A stretch of 64,000 nucleotides of DNA from Candidatus Latescibacterota bacterium (GTDB lineage: Bacteria > Latescibacterota > UBA2968 > UBA8231): the NCBI GenBank assembly GCA_965219385.1, contig CBDCNM010000002.1:2660936-2724935 (forward strand), read 5' to 3'. The position numbers and the translations under genes are program-made. Of this stretch, positions 56,502 to 64,000 are shown one piece after another. The notes below the pieces were generated by a model, which was given only the letters and a program-made list of their open reading frames with translations, ran no database searches and had not been told where the DNA came from. How positions within the stretch are numbered: position 1 is the first letter of the stretch; the number at the start of each line of letters is the position of its first letter.

Positions 56502-57653
56502 ATGGCTCGAAGCCTGCTCGACAATCCCGCTGATATCAAGCTTTTTCGCACCCGCCTGCTGGACTGGTACCGCGCCAACAAACGCGACCTGGTCTGGCGC
56601 AACAGCGCCGATCCCTACCACATCTGGATCTCGGAAATCATGCTGCAGCAGACCCGCGTGGACCAGATGGGGGCCTACTTCGAGCGTTTCATAGAGGTCT
56701 TCCCCACGGTGCGGGATCTGGCCGCCGCCTCCGAGGACCAGGTCCTCAAGATATGGGAGGGCCTGGGGTATTATGCCCGCGCTCGCAACATGCACAAGGC
56801 CGCCAAACGCATGGTCGAAGACCACGGGGGGCAGGTTCCGGAAACCTACCAAGAGCTGGAGCGGCTCCCCGGGATTGGTTCGTACACCGCGGCGGCGGTG
56901 AGCAGCATTGCCTTTGATCGCGATCATCCCGCGCTCGACGGCAATGTCACCCGGGTCCTGTGCCGGGTCTTGCGCGTCGAGGAAGATCCGCGCAAGACCG
57001 GGACCAAAGCCGGGCTGATCGCCGCTGGCGAAAAGCTGCTGGCGCCGGGGCAGGCCGGGGACTTCAACCAGGCCATGATGGAGCTGGGCGCCCGGGTCTG
57101 CACCCCGGTTCAACCGCGGTGCGGGGGCTGTCCGCTCCATCCCCTGTGCCGGGCCTACGGGGAAATGGAGGACCCCACCGCGCTGCCGCTCAAAACGGAA
57201 AAAAAGAAAAAGCCACACTACCAGGTCGCCGCCGGCCTCATCTGGAAGGAGGGCGAGTTGCTGATTGCCCAGCGTCCCTCCGAGGGCCTGCTGGGGAGGC
57301 TGTGGGAATTTCCCGGGGGCAAGCAGGAAAGCGGGGAAACCCTGGAGGAGTGCCTGATCCGGGAAATCCGCGAGGAGTTGGGGATCGCCATAAAGGTAAA
57401 GGAGCACCTGACCAGCGTAGACCACGGCTACTCGCACTTCAGCATTACCCTGCACGCCTTCAATGCGGTCTATTTGAGCGGTACCCCCCGGGCCATTGAG
57501 TGCGCCGACTGGCGCTGGGTGGAGCCGACCGGGTTGGACGGCTATGCCTTTTCCCGGGCGGATCGCCGGATCATCGAATACCTGGGACAGAAGGTGTTGC
57601 AACTGGAACTTTTTGCGCCATCCAACTTTCAGCAAGGACGAGAAAAAGAATAA
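56502..57653 (+). CDS. mutY: A/G-specific adenine glycosylase with a C-terminal Nudix domain
   Basis: WISEIMLQQT, GLGYYARARN, HhH LPGIG, Fe-S CxxxxxxCxxCxxxxxC, full Nudix box. Confidence 0.95.
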   Translation: MARSLLDNPADIKLFRTRLLDWYRANKRDLVWRNSADPYHIWISEIMLQQTRVDQMGAYFERFIEVFPTVRDLAAASEDQVLKIWEGLGYYARARNMHKAAKRMVEDHGGQVPETYQELERLPGIGSYTAAAVSSIAFDRDHPALDGNVTRVLCRVLRVEEDPRKTGTKAGLIAAGEKLLAPGQAGDFNQAMMELGARVCTPVQPRCGGCPLHPLCRAYGEMEDPTALPLKTEKKKKPHYQVAAGLIWKEGELLIAQRPSEGLLGRLWEFPGGKQESGETLEECLIREIREELGIAIKVKEHLTSVDHGYSHFSITLHAFNAVYLSGTPRAIECADWRWVEPTGLDGYAFSRADRRIIEYLGQKVLQLELFAPSNFQQGREKE

Positions 57654-57660
57654 AAACAGC

Positions 57661-58269
57661 ATGTTGAAGCGGCTCTACGACTGGTTGCTCCACTGGGCGG
57701 AAACCCCCTGCGGCGGCGTGGTCCTGTTTATCTGGGCCTTTGCCGAGTCGTCTTTTTTCCCCATCCCCCCGGATGCCTTTCTCATCGCCATGGTCCTGGG
57801 GGCGCGCTGGCGCGCCTTTCTCTTTGCCACGGCGACCTCGATCGCTTCTGTTTTTGGCGGGATTGCCGGTTATATCATCGGCTCTTATTTGTGGTGGTCC
57901 GAACCGGGGGTGTTCAGTGCACTGGCGGAGTGGTTCTTCGCGCATGTACCGGGTTTTACCGTGGAACAGTTCACCCGGGTACAGGGGTTGTACGAGGCGT
58001 GGGGGTTCTGGGTGGTATTCACCGCCGGCTTCACCCCCATCCCCTACAAGGTTATCACCGTTTCAGCCGGGGCCTTCGACATTTCCTTTGTGGTCTTTGT
58101 GGTGGCGTCCGCTGTCAGCCGCGCGGCCCGATTCTTCCTGGTGGCCTGGTTGCTGTGGAAGTACGGCGAGCCCATCAAAGACTTCATCAACCGGCGCTTC
58201 AATTTGTTGAGTATCGTCTTTGTGGTTTTGTTGCTGGGCGGATTTTACCTGGTCAAGGGGTTGTTTTAG
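57661..58269 (+). CDS. YqaA/DedA (VTT) membrane protein
   Basis: FAESSFFPIPPD, GFTPIPYK. Confidence 0.9.
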   Translation: MLKRLYDWLLHWAETPCGGVVLFIWAFAESSFFPIPPDAFLIAMVLGARWRAFLFATATSIASVFGGIAGYIIGSYLWWSEPGVFSALAEWFFAHVPGFTVEQFTRVQGLYEAWGFWVVFTAGFTPIPYKVITVSAGAFDISFVVFVVASAVSRAARFFLVAWLLWKYGEPIKDFINRRFNLLSIVFVVLLLGGFYLVKGLF

Positions 58270-58283
58270 GGAATTATATACAA

Positions 58284-58483
58284 TCCGGCGGCCAGCGGCG
58301 GGCGGATCACGTAGCGGCAGAGTCGCTCCAGGCGTGCCGATCCGCGGCGTTGATGCGGGTGGCGGCGTGCAGAGGGAAGCTCCGGGCCGCCAAGCACAGC
58401 GGCCCGGAGCAGATGCCGTCTTCGGGATCGACCAGGCGGCGCCGTACCCGCGTGCTAGCGCGCTCGCCGGTGGCCACCTGACC
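58284..58483 (-). mobile_element. IS91-family transposase internal remnant (frameshifted)
   Basis: GQVATGERASTRVRRRLVDP...GPLC...FPLHAATRINAADR|RLERLCRYVIRPPLA. Confidence 0.7.
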
Positions 58484-58678
58484 CTGGGAATTCGAGTTGC
58501 TCGATCTCGCCTCGCGGTACCGAAAGACGCCAACAGGAACGCGTCACTGAGATCGGGCAAGATACTGTCTGGGCAGGGGATGGGCAATTGTGAGCCGGGT
58601 CACAAGCCCGGATTAGCCCGTTTTGAGACAAACCTGTCGTTTTCAAGTTATTATCTATGGTGTATCTTGCATAAGTGT

Positions 58679-59254
58679 TTACACCCGCCCTTTCAGCCTA
58701 CCCCACGAACTCGGCGCTACATTCGTCTCCTCCGGCTTAAGATACAACCCAGCGCCAATGTAATAGGTTGCACCCAGAATCTCGATGGGGGCCACGTAGC
58801 TCACCTTGGGGGATTCGTCCGCTCCTTCTATCGCTGGATTATCCCAAAGGTATTCCACAAAGCCGCCCCCGGCTTTTGCCGCCGCGATATTCTCCTGCGT
58901 GATCTTAACGCCATTGCTGTCCTCTTGGTCGATATTATTGGTGCCTTCGCGCTCAGGGATGGCTCCGTGAAAAAAGCTCGTGCCGTCGTAACCGGTGATA
59001 AAAATATAAATCGACCCCTGTTTCCATTCTTCGCTGGTCCTGAAGTCCGTCAAAACGGCGTCCAGTTCCCCTTCATCTTGGACGGATTCCAGGCGACTTC
59101 TTGCTCCCAGCACAAAATTTTTCAGCGTCTCCCGATCTACTACGTCCGCTGCAACAACAAGATGTTCATCAGCGAAGGCTTTGTACACTCCGGGGAACAG
59201 ACCCATTGCCACCAAAGCAAACGGCAACGAAAGGTTCAACAAAGTTCGGGTCAT
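58679..59254 (-). CDS. Exported stand-alone Cache domain protein
   Basis: Signal peptide; YIFI, HG..P..EG.N, GGGFVEYLWDNP, KVSYV, IGAGLY. Confidence 0.85.
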   Translation of the reverse strand: MTRTLLNLSLPFALVAMGLFPGVYKAFADEHLVVAADVVDRETLKNFVLGARSRLESVQDEGELDAVLTDFRTSEEWKQGSIYIFITGYDGTSFFHGAIPEREGTNNIDQEDSNGVKITQENIAAAKAGGGFVEYLWDNPAIEGADESPKVSYVAPIEILGATYYIGAGLYLKPEETNVAPSSWGRLKGRV

Positions 59255-59372
59255 GAGTCTTCTTCTCCTGGTCAATGAGTACGCCTTTGATCTTTGTCAA
59301 GTATGTAATCGCCGGTTTTTCTGCCTTCACAGCGTCGTTGCCACCATCTCACCTGGCCGATAATCCCTTGTT

Positions 59373-59600
59373 TTAGTCCCGCTCCAATTCATCGCGCGCC
59401 TGGCGAAAGCGCTTTATGCGGCGGTAGAAGATCCACACAAGGCCTGCCAGGGCGACGTAGAGCAGGATTTCGTAGAAGGGATGGCTCCAGTTCAATATGA
59501 CCGGCCAAAGGGCGAGGATGCAGAGCAGGATGAAGATGTCTTCGAAGAGGTGTTTGGGCTTTTTATCCTCGGGCGGGGGCTGGGGAAGGTTCATGATCAA
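59373..59600 (-). CDS. Small two-TM hypothetical protein
   Basis: Two hydrophobic helices; start overlaps the SLT stop codon. Confidence 0.65.
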   Translation of the reverse strand: MIMNLPQPPPEDKKPKHLFEDIFILLCILALWPVILNWSHPFYEILLYVALAGLVWIFYRRIKRFRQARDELERD

Positions 59601-61762
59601 ACCTCGAATAGAAGCTTGTAGATGGTGTAGTTTTTCAAGACCAGCTTGACGTAGAGGCGGGTTTCTTTATAAGGGATGCGCTCGACAAAGGCATCCGGAT
59701 CTTCGCAGGAAAAACGCTCTGTCCACTTGCGGGCCACGTGGGGACCGGCGTTGTAGGCTGCCAGCCCGAGTTCAAAGCCCAGGTCCCGGGTGGGCCCCTC
59801 GGTGAATCGCCGCACCTGGTCGCCGAGAAAGCGGCTGCCCAGACGGATGGAGACATCCGGATCGAAAAGCGAGGTCCGGCCAAATCGGCGCAGCCCCAAC
59901 TGGCGCGCCAGAACCCGGCCGGTCTGGGGCATGATCTGCATGAGGCCGATGGCGCCGGCATGCGATACGGCGTCTTCCCTGAAGGAGCTTTCCTGGCGGA
60001 TGACCGAAAGGACCAGGTAGGGATCGATCTGCGCTTCCCGGGCCGCCTCTTGGATCTGGTCCCAGTAGTAATCCGGGTAGAGGCGGTGGAATTCGCTCCT
60101 GTCCCCGGCCGTGGAAAAGATGAGGGTGGAAAGCCTGAGGGCGCGGTCCAGGGAGCCCAGGTTTTCGTAGCGATCCCGTATCGTCTTGAGGGCGATGGTG
60201 TCGCCGCGGTTGAGGGCCTCGGCTTGGCGCAATTCGGCTTCGGCCAGGTCTACCAGGCCCAGCTTCTGGAGAGCGCCGGCCCGTTGCAGGTGATCGGCTC
60301 CCCTGAGCTGGGGCGCGGTTGAGGGGGCGGGGTGCAGGAGGGCCTGAGGGCGGGACTGCAAGGCCCCCTTGTGGCCAAAGCCCAAACTGGTGGCGCGGGC
60401 CGAATAATAGGAGCGCGGAAATCCTTTGGCGGCCTCGGCGTAATAGGCCTGGGCCTCGTCCTCGAGATCCAGGCGTTCGGCGGCCTTTCCGGCCCAGAAC
60501 AAACTCTGGTCTACGATGTGGGGCTGGCTGGCCTTGCGGCTGGCCTGCTGAAAGGTCTCCAGGGCTTCCTGGTAGTGGTGGCGGCAATAATGGGTGAAAC
60601 CGACGCTCCAGCTGGCCTCGTCCCGGTATTTGCTGTCCGCGTAGTTTTGAGACAGCTTTTCGTAGAGCTTTTCGGCGTGGGCGAATTTGTTGTTTCTCTC
60701 GGCGGCTTTGGCCGCCTGCCACAGGGCATTGTCGGCCAGGTCGTGCCGCGGGTAGAGCCGGGCGAATTTTTCGTAGGTCTCGATGGCCTGGGTCTCGCGG
60801 TTGAGGCGCACCAGGACATTGCCCAGGCGGTAGAGACCGGAGCGATACTGGTAGTGCTCGTAGGCCCGGACGAAGGCCTTGCGAGCCCGGGCGTACTGGC
60901 GGTCTTTCTGGTAGGCGCGCCCCAGTTGGTACTGGGCTTCAGCGGCCAGCCGGTGCCGGGGGTGGTGTCGCAGGAAGCGTTCCAGGGTCTTTGCGGCCCG
61001 GCGGTTATGGCCGTGGTGCAGGTAGATCTGGGCGCGGTGGTAAATTTCCTCGGGGACCTTGCTCGCGGACGGTTGCCCGAGGACTTCCAGAGCCCTGTGG
61101 TGGGCCGGGTATTCCTCTACCAGCTGGGCCCGCATCCGGCGAGCCATGCTGTGGTCGCCGCGCTCCTGGTGGATCCGGGCCATGTGGTAGCGCAGTTCCG
61201 GGATTTGGTCGGGCTGGCGCCGCAAGAGGCGCTGGTAGGTCCGCAGGGCCTGCTCGTAGTCTTTGGCATCCACGTACAGGGAGGCGAGACCCTGGTAGAC
61301 AGAGTCGGTCAAAACCTTGTGTTGAGAGGTGAGCGCAAAGTCCTGATAAGCCTCTATGGCTGCTTCGCTCTCACCCATTTCCTCCAGGACGCGGGCCATC
61401 CAGAAGCGGCGGTAGTCCTCCAGCACGGGGAGGGCGCCCTGGAGTTGATCCAGGCGTTCGTAGGCCCGGGCGGGTCGCCCCAGGAGGCGCTCGCAAATGG
61501 CCTGCTGGTAGAGTAGCCGGATGCGGTACCGGGGGGCCAGGTTTTCCCGGTCCACTCTTTTCAACAGCTCGTAGGCCTGCTCGTAGTTGCCCCGGGCGAT
61601 GTAGAGGGCGATTTGCCCCTCCTCGGGCCACACGGCACAGCGCTGTTCGGTCTGGAGCAGCTGGAGATGTACTAGAAAGGAAAGGAGCACCAGGAAACTC
61701 AGTCCCAGGGTGCCCCCTACCAGTTTGGCTCTGGAACCCATTGAATTGCTTTCCTCATCCAT
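59597..61762 (-). CDS. TPR-containing soluble lytic transglycosylase
   Basis: TPR repeats; IRQES, GLMQIMP, AAYNAG, ETRLYVK. Confidence 0.92.
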   Translation of the reverse strand: MDEESNSMGSRAKLVGGTLGLSFLVLLSFLVHLQLLQTEQRCAVWPEEGQIALYIARGNYEQAYELLKRVDRENLAPRYRIRLLYQQAICERLLGRPARAYERLDQLQGALPVLEDYRRFWMARVLEEMGESEAAIEAYQDFALTSQHKVLTDSVYQGLASLYVDAKDYEQALRTYQRLLRRQPDQIPELRYHMARIHQERGDHSMARRMRAQLVEEYPAHHRALEVLGQPSASKVPEEIYHRAQIYLHHGHNRRAAKTLERFLRHHPRHRLAAEAQYQLGRAYQKDRQYARARKAFVRAYEHYQYRSGLYRLGNVLVRLNRETQAIETYEKFARLYPRHDLADNALWQAAKAAERNNKFAHAEKLYEKLSQNYADSKYRDEASWSVGFTHYCRHHYQEALETFQQASRKASQPHIVDQSLFWAGKAAERLDLEDEAQAYYAEAAKGFPRSYYSARATSLGFGHKGALQSRPQALLHPAPSTAPQLRGADHLQRAGALQKLGLVDLAEAELRQAEALNRGDTIALKTIRDRYENLGSLDRALRLSTLIFSTAGDRSEFHRLYPDYYWDQIQEAAREAQIDPYLVLSVIRQESSFREDAVSHAGAIGLMQIMPQTGRVLARQLGLRRFGRTSLFDPDVSIRLGSRFLGDQVRRFTEGPTRDLGFELGLAAYNAGPHVARKWTERFSCEDPDAFVERIPYKETRLYVKLVLKNYTIYKLLFEV

Positions 61763-61915
61763 GGATGGCTCTTACTATAATAATACAAAGGTCGATTTAC
61801 GGCCAACAAAAATGTGCTTTGCAGGGCAGGGTCTATTTTGTCCGCGGCGGAAACTTTTTCACTTGCGGAAGTGCTGGAAGAGGTAGAGGATAGAGGAACT
61901 TGGGTAGAGGAGCCA

Positions 61916-63049
61916 TCAGCTCGCGTACATTCTTCCTGGATTGAAAATGCCCTTGGGGTCAAAGGTATTCTTGAGGATCCGGTTCAGGCGGGCTACCCCC
62001 TGGGACAAAGGGGTGAAGGCCTCGGAGTTGGGGTCGTCGGCCCGGGTGGCAAAGCGCCAGGCCGTGGCCTGATGATCGAGGGCGGCCTGGTGCAGTAAGG
62101 CGGCCTGTACCGGCAGCGGGAAAAGGGCCCAGAGCAAGCCGCCGGCCCAGTCCAGAGCGTAGCGTTCGAGGTCGTGCCGGTGCAGGGCCGCCACTAGGTG
62201 TGCGGCCCTGGCCGGGGGGGCGGAGAAGCGCCAGAGTTGCCCATCCTGGGAGGGCTGCAAGGATTCGAGCTCTCGCAGGTCGCTCCACAGGGCGGCGGAA
62301 TCCTCTCCTGCGAGAGCGGATATCTCGGCTTTCAGGTCGCCGGACAGTTTTTCCAGTTGTGCGGCCACGGCCGGTCCCGGCCCTTCGATGCGAACCAGGG
62401 TGCGCGCCTCTTGCCTGGTGGCGGCGGGCAGGTAGGCCAGGCCGGTGATTTCGTAGGGCAGGGCGGCCAGTTCGAGCATCAGCCGCAGGGCCGCTTCAAG
62501 GGCCTGGCCGTGCACCATCAGGGTCTGCTGGGTTTCGGGCCGCGGCCACACCTTGAAGCAGATTTCGGTGAGCACTCCCAGAGTGCCGAAGGAGCCGCTG
62601 AGGACTTTGGGCAGGTCGTAGCCGGTGACGTTCTTGACCACCTTGCCTCCGGCGCGGATGCGCTCGCCGTGGCCGTTGATCATCTCTATCCCCAGGACAA
62701 AGTCGCGCAGGGCGCCGGCCTTGAAGCGCCGGGGCCCGGACAGGTTGCAGGCCAGGGTACCACCGATGGTGGCCTGGGTGCCCCAGTGCGGGGGTTCGAA
62801 GGCCAGGTGCTGATTTTCCCTGGCCAGGAGTTTTTCTATTTGCCCGAGGGGCATGCCTGGACGGACCACCAGGATCAACTCGCCGGGTTCGTAGCTCACC
62901 AGCTGGTTCAAACCGGAGACATCGAGAGGGGATTGGGCCACGACGCGGCGGCCCAGACGCAACTTGGTGTCTCCGGCCGAGATGTGCAGCGACTCGTCGT
63001 CGGCCAAGGCCAGGGCCACGCGTTCCTGTAGGGCTGCGGGGGTGTCCAT
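61916..63049 (-). CDS. glcE: Glycolate oxidase FAD-binding subunit GlcE
   Basis: QHLAFEPP, SGPRRF, GGKVVKNVTGYD, FDPKGIFNPGR. Confidence 0.85.
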   Translation of the reverse strand: MDTPAALQERVALALADDESLHISAGDTKLRLGRRVVAQSPLDVSGLNQLVSYEPGELILVVRPGMPLGQIEKLLARENQHLAFEPPHWGTQATIGGTLACNLSGPRRFKAGALRDFVLGIEMINGHGERIRAGGKVVKNVTGYDLPKVLSGSFGTLGVLTEICFKVWPRPETQQTLMVHGQALEAALRLMLELAALPYEITGLAYLPAATRQEARTLVRIEGPGPAVAAQLEKLSGDLKAEISALAGEDSAALWSDLRELESLQPSQDGQLWRFSAPPARAAHLVAALHRHDLERYALDWAGGLLWALFPLPVQAALLHQAALDHQATAWRFATRADDPNSEAFTPLSQGVARLNRILKNTFDPKGIFNPGRMYAS

Positions 63050-63051
63050 GT

Positions 63052-63381
63052 TCAGGAAGGAGCGGAAGAGTCCTTCAATTCGACCACGATGTTGCGCCAG
63101 GGAGTGTCGCCGACGTTGATGGCTTCGTGGATGTTTTCGCCGGGGACTTCCGCAAAGTGGACCTCGCCGTCCCGCATGGCCCTGGCCTCCTTTTTGGCGC
63201 CGATGGCATCGGCCCCCTGAAGGTTGCCAGCGCCAATCACCACGAAAAAGTAATCTTCGGTGTGGCGATGCAAGCCGGTGCTTTCTCCGGGCGCCAGGCA
63301 CAGGTCCCAGACCCGGACGCGGTTGTTTTCGAATAAAAGCCGGGTGCCGACCTGGGAAGATACAGCTGGATGGGTAGGCAT
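63052..63381 (-). CDS. Cupin domain protein
   Basis: LLFENNRVRVWDL.LAPGE...HRH; HEAINVG. Confidence 0.8.
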   Translation of the reverse strand: MPTHPAVSSQVGTRLLFENNRVRVWDLCLAPGESTGLHRHTEDYFFVVIGAGNLQGADAIGAKKEARAMRDGEVHFAEVPGENIHEAINVGDTPWRNIVVELKDSSAPS

Positions 63382-63395
63382 GGGGATGCTCCTTT

Positions 63396-64000
63396 TTAAA
63401 AGCGTTCCAGTTCGGGGAATTTTTCAGCGCCCTGGTGCACGTGCATCCGGCCGCCCTCGATGCAGCGTCGCAGCACCGGGTAGACCTTGCCCGGGTTGAG
63501 CAAGTGGTCGGGATCGAAGCCGGCCTTGATGCGTTCCTGGGCGTCCAGGTCGGCAGCGCTGAACATGCAGGGCATCAGGTCGCGTTTCTCGATGCCGACG
63601 CCGTGCTCGCCGCTCAGGACCCCGCCTACTTCGACGCACAGTTTTAAAATCTCGGCGCCCAGCTCTTCGGCTTTTTCCAGGTCGCCGCTTTTGTTGCTGT
63701 CGTAGAGTACCAGGGGGTGCAGATTGCCGTCGCCGGCGTGAAAGACATTGGCTACGGGCAGGCCAAAGGGCTCGGACAACGCCTGGATGCGCTTGAGGAC
63801 AAAGGGCAGCTTGGAGCGCGGGATGGTGCCGTCCATGCAGTAATAGTCCGGGCTGATGCGGCCCATGGCCGGGAAGGCGGCTTTGCGGCCGGCCCACAGC
63901 TTGAGGCGCTCCGCTTCGTTTTGGGCCTTGCGGATTTGGGTGGCCCCGCTCTCCCGCAGCAGGTCTTCGAGGGGGCCGAGCAGATGCTCCACCTCGCTGG
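63396..64000 (-). CDS. glcD: Glycolate oxidase subunit GlcD (5' end outside the window)
   Basis: DGTIPR, FHAGDGNLHP, SGEHGVGIEK, LNPGK. Confidence 0.9.
   Translation of the reverse strand, partial: SEVEHLLGPLEDLLRESGATQIRKAQNEAERLKLWAGRKAAFPAMGRISPDYYCMDGTIPRSKLPFVLKRIQALSEPFGLPVANVFHAGDGNLHPLVLYDSNKSGDLEKAEELGAEILKLCVEVGGVLSGEHGVGIEKRDLMPCMFSAADLDAQERIKAGFDPDHLLNPGKVYPVLRRCIEGGRMHVHQGAEKFPELERF

Overview
A GC-rich bacterial chromosomal window. The TonB receptor style, the many PhyH, enolase-superfamily and SDR genes, and a C-terminal 'SWGRLK' tail suggest a Latescibacterota/FCB-like lineage; this is inference only. Catabolic and housekeeping genes (SDRs, PhyH dioxygenases, creatininase, Gfo/Idh/MocA, galM, MR/MLE enolases, NRAMP, hisA, rsmD, DmpA peptidases, mutY, SLT, glcDE) surround two defence islands, each built on a type I restriction-modification scaffold. 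Island 1 (minus strand, 6557-19137) reads hsdR - orphan Phd antitoxin - TIR - SLOG - ThsB-like TIR - hsdM - hsdS - nuclease-STAND-TPR (Avs-like). Most of these genes are translationally coupled, and the Thoeris-like cassette has no recognisable effector. A DUF5131 gene with an in-frame amber codon converges on the island. Island 2 (plus strand, 32027-43879) reads half-size hsdS - hsdM - hicAB - fic - hsdS (with a foreign N-terminus) - ArdC-like metalloprotease - DUF433 remnant - frameshifted membrane protein - DUF2442 - hsdR - EVE. The window also holds a divergent small-HTH / XRE + ImmA/IrrE switch, many TA modules (often with a dead toxin), a 126-bp MITE with a TAA duplication, IS91-like remnants, a 76-bp direct repeat flanking an MBL gene, and several internally collapsed pseudogenes. 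I saw no rRNA, tRNA or CRISPR array. All family assignments come from reading motifs by eye, not from database searches.
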